Below, piece after piece: positions 41,201-53,453 of a stretch of 64,000 nt of DNA. Source of the DNA: Macrostomum hystrix. Its lineage: Eukaryota; Animalia; Platyhelminthes. A program made the position numbers and the translations under genes. Under the pieces are notes generated by a model. It worked only from the letters and a program-made list of their open reading frames with translations, searched no databases and had not been told where the DNA came from. Numbering within the stretch: the stretch's first letter is position 1; each line of letters starts with the position of its first letter. The stretch spans positions 2,046,001 through 2,110,000 of the forward strand of contig CATNEN010000039.1 in NCBI GenBank assembly GCA_950097015.1. Direction: 5' to 3'.

Positions 41201-44200
41201 TGCATTAATGCGAAAACCACGCAAGGAACCGGTGGAACTGAAACTTCAAGTACAACAACTGGAACTAGTGTAACAGAATCTTCAAGTACTACAACTGGAA
41301 CCAGTGGAACTGAAACTTCAAGTACCACAGCTGGAACCAGTGGAACTGAAACTTCAAGTACTACAACTGGAACCAGTGGAACTGAAACTTCAAGTACAAC
41401 AACTGGAACCAGTGGAACTGAAACTTCAAGTACAACAACTGGAACCAGTGGAACTGAAACATCAAGTACAACAACAGGAACCAGTGGAACTGAAACTTCA
41501 AGTACAACAACTGGAACCAGTGGAACTGAAACTTCAAGTACAACAACTGGAACCAGTGGAACTGAAACTTCAAGTACAACAACTGGAACCAGTGGAACTG
41601 AAACTTCAAGTACAACAACTGGAACCAGTGGAACTGAAACTTCAAGTACAACAACTGGAACTAGTGTAACAGAATCTTCAAGTACTACAACTGGAACCAG
41701 TGGAACTGAAACTTCAAGTACCACAGCTGGAACCAGTGGAACTGAAACTTCAAGTACTACAACTGGAACCAGTGGAACTGAATCTTCAAGTACTACAACT
41801 GGAACCAGTGGAACTGAAACTTCAAGTACTACACCTGCAACCAGTGGACCATCAGGATCTTCAAGTACTACAACTGGAACCAGTGGACCACCAGGATCTT
41901 CAAGTACTCCACCATCAACCAGTGAAACGGAATCTTCAAGTACTACAACTGGACCCAGTGTAACAGAATCTTCAAGTACAACAACTGGAACCAGTGGACC
42001 ACCAGGATCTTCAAGTACTACACCATCAACCAGTGGAACTGAGTCTTCAAGTACTACACCTGCAACCAGTGGAACTGAGTCTTCAAGTACAACAACTGGA
42101 ACTAGTGTAACAGAATCTTCAAGTACTACACCTGCAACCAGTGGAACTGAGTCTTCAAGTATAACAACTGGAACTAGTGTAACAGAATCTTCAAGTACTA
42201 CACCTGCAACCAGTGGACCACCAGGATCTTCAAGTACTACAACTGGAACCAGTGTAACAGAATCTTCAAGTACCACAGCAGGAACCAGTGAAACAGAATC
42301 TTCGAGTACTACAACTGGAACCAGTGGACCACCAGGATCTTCAAGTACAACAACTGGAACCAGTGTAACAGAATCTTCAAGTACTACACCTGCAACCAGT
42401 GGACCACCAGGATCTTCAAGTACTACAACTGGAACCAGTGTAACAGAATCTTCAAGTACTACACCTGCAACCAGTGGACCACCAGGATCTTCAAGTACTA
42501 CAACTGGAACCAGTGTAACAGAATCTTCAAGTACTACACCTGCAACCAGTGGAACTGAGTCTTCAAGTACAACAACTGGAACTAGTGTAACAGAATCATC
42601 AAGTACTACAACTGGAACCAGTGGAACTGGATCTTTAAGTACAACAACTGGAACCAGTGTAACAGAATCTTCAAGTACTACACCTGCAACCAGTGGACCA
42701 CCAGGATCTTCGAGTACTACAACTGGAACCAGTGGAACTGGGTCTTCAAGTACTACAACTGGAACCAGTGCAACAGAATCTTCAAGTACTACAACTGGAA
42801 CCAGTGTAACAGAATCTTCAAGTACTACAGCAGGAACCAGTGAAACAGAATCTTCGAGTATTACAACTGGAACCAGTGTAACAGAATCTTCAAGTACTAC
42901 ACCTGCAACCAGTGGACCACCAGGATCTTCAAGTACTACAACTGGAACCAGTGCAACAGAATCTTCAAGTACTACACCTGCAACAAGTGGACCACCAGGA
43001 TCTTCAAGTACTCCACCATCAACCAGTGGAACTGAGTCTTTAAGTACTACAACAGAAATCAGCGGAACTGGGTCTTCAAGTACTACACCTGCAACCAGTG
43101 GAACTGAGTCTTCAAGTACAACAACTGGAACTAGTGTAACAGAATCTTCAAGTACTACAACTCGAACCAGTGGAACTGGGTCTTCAAGTACAACAACTGG
43201 AACCAGTGTAACAGAATCTTCAAGTACTACACCTGCAACCAGTGGACCACTAGGATCTTCGAGTACTACAACTGGAACCAGTGGAACTGGGTCTTCAAGT
43301 ACTACAACTGGAACCAGTGTAAAAGAATCTTCAAGTACTACACCTGCAACCAGTGGACCACCAGGATCTTCAAGTACTACAACTGGAACCAGTGTAACAG
43401 AATCTTCAAGTACTACACCTGCAACCAGTGGACCACCAGGATCTTCAAGTACTCCACCATCAACCAGTGGAACTGAGTCTTCAAGTACTACAACTGGAAC
43501 CAGTGTAACAGAATCTTCAAGTACTACAGCAGGAACCAGTGAAACAGAATCTTCGAGTACTACAACTGGAACCAGTGCAACAGAATATTCAAGTACTACA
43601 CCTGCAACCAGTGGACCACCAGGATCTTCAAGTACTACAACTGGAACCAGTGTAACAGAATCTTCAAGTACTACACCTACAACCAGTGGACCACCAGGAT
43701 CTTCAAGTACTACAACTGGAACCAGTGTAACAGAATCTTCAAGTACTACACCTGCAACCAGTGGAACTGAGTCTTCAAGTACAACAACTGGAACTAGTGT
43801 AAAAGAATCTTCAAGTACTACAACTGGAACCAGTGGAACTGAGTCTTCAAGTACAACAACTGGAACCAGTGTAACAGAATCTTCAAGTACTACACCTGCA
43901 ACCAGTGGACCACCAGGATCTTCGAGTACTACAACTGGAACCAGTGGAACTGGGTCTTCAAGTACTACACCTGCAACCAGTGCAACAGAATCTTCAAGTA
44001 CTACAACTGGAACCAGTGAAACTGAATCTTCGAGTACTACAACTGGAACCAGTGTAACAGAATCTTCGAGTACTACAACTGGAACCAGTGTAACAGAATC
44101 TTCAAGTACTACACCTGCAACCAGTGGACCACCAGGATCTTCAAGTACTCCACCATCAACCAGTGGAACTGAGTCCTCAAGTACTACAACAGAAACCAGC

Positions 44201-47200
44201 GGAACTGGGTCTTCAAGTACTCCACCAACAACGAGTGGAACTGGGTCTTCAAGTACAACAACTGGAACTAGTGTAACAGAGTCTTCAAGTACTACACCTG
44301 CAACCAGTGGACCACCAGGATCTTCAAGTACTACACCTGCAACCAGTGGAACTGGGTCTTCAAGTACTACAACTGGAACCAGTGTAACAGAATCTTCAAG
44401 TACTACAGCTGGAACCAGTGAAACAGAATCTTCGAGTACTACAACTGGAACCAGTGTAACAGAATCTTCAAGTACTACACCTGCAACCAGTGGACCACCA
44501 GGATCTTCAAGTACTACAACTGGAACCAGTGTAACAGAATCTTCAAGTACTACACCTGCAACCAGTGGACCACCAGGATCTTCAAGTACAACAACTGGAA
44601 CCAGAGTAACAGAATCTTCAAGTACTACACCTGCAACCAGTGGACCACCAGGATCTTCAAGTACTCCACAATCAACCAGTGGAACTGAGTCTTCAAGTAC
44701 TACAACAGAAACCAGCGGAACTGGGTCTTCAAATACTCCACCAACAACGAGTGGAACTGGGTCTTCAAGTACAACAACTGGAAGTAGTGTAACAGAGTCT
44801 TCAAGTACTACACCTGCAACCAGTGGAACTGGGTCTTCAAGTACTACACCTGCAACCAGTGGAACTGGGTCTTCAAGTACTACAACTGGAACCAGTGTAA
44901 CAGAATCTTCAAGTACTACACCTGCAACCAGTGGACCACCAGGATCTTCAAGTACTACAACTGGAACCAGTGTAACAGAATCTTCAAGTACTACACCTGC
45001 AACCAGTGGACCACCAGGATCTTCAAGTACAACAACTGGAACCAGAGTAACAGAATCTTCAAGTACTACACCTGCAACCAGTGGACCACCAGGATCTTCA
45101 AGTACTCCACAATCAACCAGTGGAACTGAGTCTTCAAGTACTACAACAGAAACCAGCGGAACTGGGTCTTCAAATACTCCACCAACAACGAGTGGAACTG
45201 GGTCTTCAAGTACAACAACTGGAACTAGTGTAACAGAGTCTTCAAGTACTACACCTGCAACCAGAGGAACTGAGTCTTCAAGTACAACAACTGGAAGTAG
45301 TGTAACAGAGTCTTCAAGTACTACACCTGCAACCAGTGGAACTGGGTCTTCAAGTACTACAACTGGAACCAGTGTAACAGAATCTTCAAGTACTACACCT
45401 GCAACCAGTAGACCACCAGGATCTTCAAGTACTACAACTGGAACCAGTGTAACAGAATCTTCAAGTACTACACCTGCAACCAGTGGACCACCAGGAACTT
45501 CAAGTACTACAACTGGAACCAGAGTAACAGAATCTTCAAGTACTACACCTGCAACCAGTGGACCACCAGGATCTTCAAGTACTCCACCATCAACCAGTGG
45601 AACTGAGTCTTCAAGTACTACAACAGAAACCAGCGGAACTGGGTCTTCAAATACTCCACCAACAACGAGTGGAACTGGGTCTTCAAGTACAACAACTGGA
45701 ACTAGTGTAACAGAGTCTTCAAGTACTACACCTGCAACCAGTGGAACTGAGTCTTCAAGTACTACAACAGAAACCAGCGGAACTGGGTCTTCAAGTACTA
45801 CACCTGCAACCAGAGGAACTGAGTCTTCAAGTACAACAACTGGAACTAGTGTAACAGAGTCTTCAAGTACTACACCTGCAACCAGTGGAACTGGGTCTTC
45901 AAGTACTACACCTGCAACCAGTGGAACTGGGTCTTCAAGTACTACAACTGGAACCAGTGTAACAGAATCGTCAAGTACTACACCTGCAACCAGAGGAACT
46001 GAGTCTTCAAGTACAACAACTGGAAGTAGTGTAACAGAGTCTTCAAGTACTACACCTGCAACCAGTGTAACAGAGTCTTCAAGTACTACACCTGCAACCA
46101 GTGGAACTGAGTCTTCAAGTACTACAACAGAAACCAGCGGAACTGGGTCTTCAAGTACTACACCTGCAACCAGAGGAACTGAGTCTTCAAGTACAACAAC
46201 TGGAACTAGTGTAACAGAGTCTTCAAGTACTACACCTGCAACCAGTGGAACTGGGTCTTCAAGTACTACACCTGCAACCAGTGGAACTGGGTCTTCAAGT
46301 ACTACAACTGGAACCAGTGTAACAGAATCGTCAAGTACTACACCTGCAACCAGAGGAACTGAGTCTTCAAGTACAACAACTGGAAGTAGTGTAACAGAGT
46401 CTTCAAGTACTACACCTGCAACCAGTGGAACTGGGTCTTCAAGTACTACACCTGCAACCAGTGGAACTGGGTCTTCAAGTACAACAACTGGAACCAGTGT
46501 AACAGGATCTTCAAGTACTACAACTGGAATCAGTGTAACAGAATCTTCAAGTACTACACCTGCAACCAGTGGACCACCAGGATCTTCAAGTACTACAACT
46601 GGAACCAGAGAAACAGAATCTTCAAGTACTACACCTGCAACCAGTGGACCACCAGGATCTTCAAGTACTCCACCATCAACCAGTGGAACTGAGTCTTCAA
46701 GTACTACAACAGAAACCAGCGGAACTGGGTCTTCAAATACTCCACCAACAACGAGTGGAACTGGGTCTTCAAGTACAACAACTGGAACTAGTGTAACAGA
46801 GTCTTCAAGTACTACACCTGCAACCAGTGGAACTGAGTCTTCAAGTACAACAACTGGAACTAGTGTAACAGAGTCTTCAAGTACTACACCTGCAACCAGT
46901 GGAACTGGGTCTTCAAGTACTACAACTGGAACCAGTGTAACAGAATCTTCAAGTACTACACCTGCAACCAGTGGAACTGGGTCTTCAAGTACTACACCTG
47001 CAACCAGTGGAACTGGGTCTTCAAGTACTACAACTGGAACCAGTGTAACAGAATCTTCAAGTACTACACCTGCAACCAGTGGACCACCAGGATCTTCAAG
47101 TACTACAACTGGAACCAGTGTAACAGAATCTTCAAGTACTACACCTGCAACCAGTGGACCACCAGGATCTTCAAGTACTACAACTGGAACCAGAGTAACA

Positions 47201-50200
47201 GAATCTTCAAGTACTACACCTGCAACCAGTGGACCACCAGGATCTTCAAGTACTCCACCATCAACCAGTGGAACTGAGTCTTCAAGTACTACAACAGAAA
47301 CCAGCGGAACTGGGTCTTCAAATACTCCACCAACAACGAGTGGAACTGGGTCTTCAAGTACAACAACTGGAACTAGTGTAACAGAGTCTTCAAGTACTAC
47401 ACCTGCAACCAGTGGAACTGGGTCTTCAAGTACTACAACTGGAACCAGTGTAACAGAATCTTCAAGTACTACACCTGCAACCAGTGGACCACCAGGATCT
47501 TCAAGTACAACAACTGGAACCAGTGTAACAGAATCTTCAAGTACTACACCTGCAACCAGTGGACCACCAGGATCTTCAAGTACTACAACTGGAACCAGTG
47601 TAACAGAATCTTCAAGTACTACACCTGCAACCAGTGGACCACCAGGATCTTCAAGTACTCCACCATCAACCAGTGGAACTGAGTCTTCAAGTACTACAAC
47701 AGAAACTAGCGGAACTGGGTCTTCAAGTACTCCACCAACAACGAGTGGAACTGGGTCTTCAAGTACAACAACTGGAACTAGTGTAACAGAGTCTTCAAGT
47801 ACTACACCTGCAACCAGTGGAACTGAGTCTTCAAGTACAACAACTGGAACTAGTGTAACAGAGTCTTCAAGTACTACACCTGCAACCAGTGGAACTGGGT
47901 CTTCAAGTACTACACCTGCAACCAGTGGAACTGGGTCTTCAAGTACTACAACTGGAACCAGTGTAACAGAATCTTCAAGTACTACACCTGCAACCAGTGG
48001 ACCACCAGGATCTTCAAGTACTACAACTGGAACCAGTGTAACAGAATCTTCAAGTACTACACCTGCAACCAGTGGACCACCAGGATCTTCAAGTACTACA
48101 ACTGGAACCAGTGTAACAGAATCTTCAAGTACTACACCTGCAACCAGTGGACCACCAGGATCTTCAAGTACTCCACCATCAACCAGTGGAACTGAGTCTT
48201 CAAGTACTACAACAGAAACCAGCGGAACTGGGTCTTCAAGTACTCCACCAACAACGAGTGGAACTGGGTCTTCAAGTACAACAACTGGAACTAGTGTAAC
48301 AGAGTCTTCAAGTACTACACCTGCAACCAGAGGAACTGAGTCTTCAAGTACAACAACTGGAAGTAGTGTAACAGAGTCTTCAAGTACTACACCTGCAACC
48401 AGTGGAACTGGGTCTTCAAGTACTACATCTTCAAGTACTACACCTGCAACCAGTGGACCACCAGGATCTTCAAGTACTACAACTGGAACCAGTGTAACAG
48501 AATCTTCAAGTACTACACCTGCAACCAGTGGACCACCAGGATCTTCAAGTACTACAACTGGAACCAGAGTAACAGAATCTTCAAGTACTACACCTGCAAC
48601 CAGTGGACCACCAGGATCTTCAAGTACTCCACCATCAACCAGTGGAACTGAGTCTTCAAGTACTACAACAGAAACCAGCGGAACTGGGTCTTCAAATACT
48701 CCACCAACAACGAGTGGAACTGGGTCTTCAAGTACAACAACTGGAACTAGTGTAACAGAGTCTTCAAGTACTACACCTGCAACCAGTGGAACTGAGTCTT
48801 CAAGTACAACAACTGGAACTAGTGAAACAGAGTCTTCAAGTACTACACCTGCAACCAGTGGAACTGGGTCTTCAAGTACTACAACTGGAACCAGTGTAAC
48901 AGAATCTTCAAGTACTACACCTGCAACCAGTGGACCACCAGGATCTTCAAGTACAACAACTGGAACCAGTGTAACAGAATCTTCAAGTACTACACCTGCA
49001 ACCAGTGGACCACCAGGATCTTCAAGTACAACAACTGGAACCAGTGTAACAGAATCTTCAAGTACTACACCTGCAACCAGTGGACCACCAGGATCTTCAA
49101 GTACTACAACTGGAACCAGTGTAACAGAATCTTCAAGTACTACACCTGCAATCAGTGGACCACCAGGATCTTCAAGTACTCCACCATCAACCAGTGGAAC
49201 TGAGTCTTCAAGTACTACAACAGAAACTAGCGGAACTGGGTCTTCAAGTACTCCACCAACAACGAGTGGAACTGGGTCTTCAAGTACAACAACTGGAACT
49301 AGTGTAACAGAGTCTTCAAGTACTACAAATGCAACCAGTGGAACTGAGTCTTCAAGTACAACAACTGGAACTAGTGTAACAGAGTCTTCAAGTACTACAC
49401 CTGCAACCAGTGGAACTGGGTCTTCAAGTACTACACCTGCAACCAGTGGAACTGGGTCTTCAAGTACTACAACTGGAACCAGTGTAACAGAATCTTCAAG
49501 TACTACACCTGCAACCAGTGGACCACCAGGATCTTCAAGTACAACAACTGGAACCAGTGTAACAGAATCTTCAAGTACTACACCTGCAACCAGTGGACCA
49601 CCAGGATCTTCAAGTACTACAACTGGAACCAGTGTAACAGAATCTTCAAGTACTACACCTGCAACCAGTGGACCACCAGGATCTTCAAGTACTACAACTG
49701 GAACCAGTGTAACAGAATCTTCAAGTACTACACCTGCAACCAGTGGACCACCAGGATCTTCAAGTACAACAACTGGAACCAGTGGAACTGAGTCTTTAAG
49801 TACTTCAACAGAAACCAGTGAAACAGAATCTTCAAGTACTACACCCTCAAGTTCTTCACCAGGAACCAGCGGAACTGAATCAACAGGCACAACGCCAGTA
49901 TCTTTTAGTACTCAGACACAACCAACAGTTAGTCCGACTGGCGGTGAGACGCAACCACCTCCAGCAGGTATGTTGAAGTTGTGCAATTTTCTTGAGCCCC
50001 CTTTTTTAATAAATTGATGTGGTTTGTCGTAACCTTTTTAGAATACTGCGAAGTTAGTCTTACTACCTTTTCTAAAGCGCTCAACACAACGGTTGCTTCA
50101 CTGAGACGATTTTACGTGGAGTTGGATGGTGTCGATGGCTTGACCAGGCCAGATGAAGAAATTCATGAATACTCTGCGGTCGAGTCTAGCGTCATTGTAC

Positions 50201-53200
50201 GCTTTGACTGTGGAACGTGCACTTGCCAAGATGATGGGTCGTTTGTATTCCAGCGAATTAGTTGCTCTCTTGACTGTAGGCTCACCAGCTGGTCTGAGTG
50301 GAGCTCCTGCTCCGCCACCTGTGGTCCTGGAGCACGAAAGAGAACTCGTGAAATTCTGGCTCCAGCTGGACCTGGCGGCAAAGATTGCCAGCCGAGCGAT
50401 TTTAGTGAATATGAAGCATGTCAGACAGCTGACTGCCCTTGTATAGTCAATCAGTGGAGTGAATGGAGTTCGTGTAGCAAGAGCTGTGATGGAGGCCTGC
50501 GCAGCAGAACAAGAGCAACAAGTGGAAACTGCACAGATGGTTCTGGGATGGAGTCACAGTCATCCAGCTGTGGCTCTGCTCCATGTTCATCGCCATCAAC
50601 TTGCGTAGAACCTAAACAGTTGCAGCCCTGTGCCAATGTAAGCTGCCCTCTCACCTGCGACCATGTGTCTGGCGCCAGTGCCTGCTCTGAAAGTTATGAC
50701 TGCGATAGTAGCGGCAACGGCTGCTTCTGCCCAAGCGGAACTGTGTGGGACCAAGTGAATGACAAATGCGTAAGTCCATCTAATTGTCCATGCAACTTGG
50801 AGGTTGTGAACTGCCTATCTTGCTCCGAGAAGGTATGCGTCGATGGTGTCGGTCAGTGCGTCCCAAGTGCTAACTGCGACTGCCAGTGGGCTGAGTGGCA
50901 ACCGTGGCAGCCTTGCTCCGTTGAGTGCGGTGGCGGCATGCAGACTCGTCAACGAGATTACAGTGTCCAACGCCGTGGGAGCGGAGCGGCGTGCCAGGGT
51001 AACAGCACCCAGTCGCAGCCCTGCAATTCACAGATTTGCCCAATCTGTTTCGACGAGATCGCTTATTGGTACAAGGCCGGTGAGCGCATGCCGTCAGACT
51101 CTATATGCGAGGAGTGCTTCTGCGACTACACCACTGCCGAACGAAAGTGTATTCGCCTGCCAGATTCAGAACTGCCACTGCCAGCGTGGACTAGCTGGAC
51201 GCAGTGGACAGACTGTACTGGAAGTTGCGGCAGCCAGACGCGTGAAAGACAGCGCTTGTGCTACAAGGCCTGCATGAATGACACCCGAACTTGCGCCCCA
51301 GACAGCAGTGGTGAGTTTCGTAGTTTCTAACATGGATTTTTTTATATAAAACTTTGGGAGCCAAAAACAAAAGTAGCAACATGCATATTGCATCGATTCC
51401 AGGAACAACAAATCGTCAGACAGAAACATGTGGCACTACTAACCCAGCGGACTGTAATCCTCCCATAGACTGCAAGGTGTCCACTGAGTGGCAGAATACC
51501 ACTTGCACAGCACAGTGTGACGGTCTAAGTGGAGTAGTCTATGGCCAAATGGAGCAGACACTTACGATACTGGTGCAGCCGCAGTACGGCGGTGAGGCAT
51601 GTCCGCAAACCAAGCGCATCGTTCCATGTAGCCTCAAATGCAACGTCGATTGTGTAGCTAGTAACTGGCAGGCTTGGAGTGCCTGTACAGTTAACTGCGA
51701 TGCAGGTTCTGTCTGCGACACAACCTGTGGCAGCGGACTTCGAACACGAACTCGATCAGTGACGGTTGAGGCTCAAAATGATGGCAAGCCATGTGTCACT
51801 CAGGAAAACGGGCCCTGCATAGTACCATGTGTCAATGAAACTTGCTCGTCTCCACTAGTAAAATCCTATTGCGCCAACCGGTGTGAACTGCGGTGCAGTG
51901 ACCTTGCCAGTACAGAGGTGTGTACAGAAGTAGCCTGCGAAGTTGGCTGCGCGTGCCCTAATAACACCTACATGCAGGACGGCAAATGCGTCAGCAAGAG
52001 CGACTGCTTCTGTGCTTGGAATACCGCACTTCTGGGACCGATGCCTGACACTATTCAAAATGGCCGAGCACCTCCAGGCTATATTGTTTCAAAGGACTGC
52101 AACGAGTGCACATGCAGCAATGGAGCCTGGCAGTGTACTAACAAGGACTGCAAGAAGGACTGCATTTACTCAGATTGGTCCAGCGACGGTGTTTGCGACG
52201 TGCCCTGCGGATCAGGTAAGAAGCTGACGCGGCGAACTATTCTGCAACAGGCCCAATACGGCGGTGTGGAATGCACAGAGCCGCTCGAGAAGTTTGAAGA
52301 CTGCTTTGGAGATGAGGGCAAGTGTTGCGACCCAAATACGCTATACTATGAGTCGAAAACATGCGATCAGACCTGTGCCGGTGTAATCGGCGGTTCTTCG
52401 ACTCCAAGCAACTGCACAGTGGGCTGCCACTGCTCTCCGGGCTTTGTTCGTGATAACAATGGCAACTGCGTGCAAGTGGAGGACTGCTACAAGTGCAAAG
52501 TTAACGGCGTTGAATATCCTAACGGCTATAGCTTCGATGACATGGACGCCTGTATCCACCGAACCTGCCTACAAGGCAACTACACAGAGAAGCTCATAGG
52601 TGTGGATGCAATGCCATCTTGTACTAACTTGGACGGCAGTTTGGACGCCACTGTAATCGAGGCCTACAGGACAGCCAACTACAGCCGGTGCTGCTTTAGC
52701 GTCGCCCTACCCAGTTGCACAAAACTGAACATTTCAATAGATACAATTTTCACACCAGACGGATACGTGTGCGAACTAGAAACGCCACTGGAAGGCTCGC
52801 GTTGTGAAGGAACCTGCCCTAGCAACTGCATAGTTACACCGGATGTCTATAACAGCTATGTGAGTTTTATTTACTGCAGTTTAGTGAAAATTTTCGGGAG
52901 TAAAACTGTTAGGGCATTCAGGTGTTCCAGGAATTTAATTAGTTTGACAAAATCATCCATAATCAGGCACTAGAGCGCAAGCCCAATATTTGTCAACATG
53001 CATGTCCTTGCAGACTGAGGCCGAGGTGAACTACATCATAGAGCAGCACGCGGCTCTCACGGGTCAGGCCGTGTCCACCCTTTGCGGCTGCTGCCACCCA
53101 ACTCGAGAGTCTACGAATGCACCTGTTGAGGTCAGTTGCAAGAATCTGCCTGGCAGGAGCTTTGTGGTCAACGTCCATCATGTCGCTGGCTGCACCTGCG

Positions 53201-53223
53201 ACCCGACCATCGCCGGAACCTGA
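17291..53223 (+). CDS. Giant secreted SCO-spondin/hemolectin/mucin-like glycoprotein, ~10,361 aa, 25 exons: 17291-17466, 17886-18122, 18316-18491, 18934-19101, 19206-19420, 19491-19775, 19923-20289, 20689-20932, 21071-21575, 21667-21828, 22035-22278, 22353-22798, 23360-23504, 23603-24171, 24314-24563, 24653-25078, 25201-25326, 25420-25545, 26088-26213, 26661-26752, 26827-33811, 33888-49967, 50042-51310, 51403-52859, 53014-53223
   Basis: All 24 introns are GT-AG with compatible phases, and exon lengths sum to 31,086 nt. Motifs: signal peptide [21 protein letters not shown]; EMI-like CCPGY; EGF CQNGGQC..PDQCQC..GY.G..C; three VWD (TFDG/TFD...GLCGNYDG) with C8 and TIL; LDLa (C.DGSDE); TSP1 ([10 protein letters not shown]); cystine knot (CEGTCPS...CGCCHP...CTC). 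An alternative in-frame ATG lies at 17258. Confidence 0.9.
17490..17862. repeat. 19-20-bp minisatellite (CAGTCACTTGAGCCGTAGCC) filling intron 1 of the giant gene
   Basis: About 19 tandem units between the donor at 17467 and the acceptor at 17885. Confidence 0.95.
18530..18770 (+). mobile_element. tRNA-derived SINE copy (5'-truncated) in intron 3
   Basis: Closely similar to 25600-25855 (shared TTTGGGGCGCAGCCGCGGAGAGAAGGCTTGGG...CTGACGATGAGAAAGTCAGGGCAGATGTACACACC); B box GTTCGATTCC. Confidence 0.8.
23005..23072 (-). mobile_element. Degenerate tRNA-derived SINE head in intron 12
   Basis: Minus strand reads GGGGGCGGTGAGTGGCCAAGCGGTTAAC...GCTCGATTTC, resembling the head of the SINE at 25600. 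Confidence 0.45.
25600..25855 (+). mobile_element. tRNA-derived SINE in intron 18
   Basis: A box TGGCAGAGCGG, B box GTTCGATTCC, ~170-bp body shared with 18530-18770, TG-rich tail. Confidence 0.82.
27781..33171 (+). repeat. Coding 654-bp (218-aa) tandem repeat, ~8.2 near-identical copies, within exon 21
   Basis: ORF track entries recur at exact 654-bp intervals (28050, 28704, 29358 ... 32628). The protein copies appear identical. Confidence 0.97.
34945..35665 (+). repeat. Coding 120-bp (40-aa) acidic Thr/Glu/Pro repeat x~6 ([40 protein letters not shown])
   Basis: Visible 120-bp period in DNA and translation. Confidence 0.95.
36281..40690 (+). repeat. Coding 36-bp (12-aa) mucin PTS repeat [11 protein letters not shown][T/S], ~122 units
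   Basis: Uninterrupted in-frame tandem array in exon 22. Confidence 0.97.
41230..49850 (+). repeat. Coding 36-bp (12-aa) Ser/Thr-rich repeat (SSTT[TG/PA]TS[GTE/VTE/GPPG/GTG]S), ~239 units
   Basis: Uninterrupted in-frame tandem array in exon 22, built from a small vocabulary of unit variants. Confidence 0.97.
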
Positions 53224-53453
53224 ACGGCTTCGTAGCCGATCATTGAAGAGACTGAAATTGATAGCGAATGAGGGAACTTCCGCGGGATCGGACCCGCCGT
53301 CATCGCAGCTAATAGTCTGTCATTTCGCCCAAAAAAGCTTTTTGACCAGAACCAGATTAATAATTTTATGGTGGTGGTGTGGAAATCTCTGCATCCGCTT
53401 CTGAAAGATGCTATTTTGGCGGTACAAAAATCTTTATTTTAAACTCTCGACAC

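Noticed and set aside
41161-49890. 2,909-aa antisense ORF (also 34642-35892, 36256-40830 and the repeated 180-aa antisense ORFs)
   Set aside because: Mirror of the S/T/P repeat. The sense units lack TTA/CTA/TCA in that frame, so antisense stops are absent by construction. No independent gene signals.
17291-53223. Assigning the symbol SSPO, MUC or ap2 to the giant gene
   Set aside because: The domain content overlaps all three, but orthology cannot be determined without phylogeny or database search.
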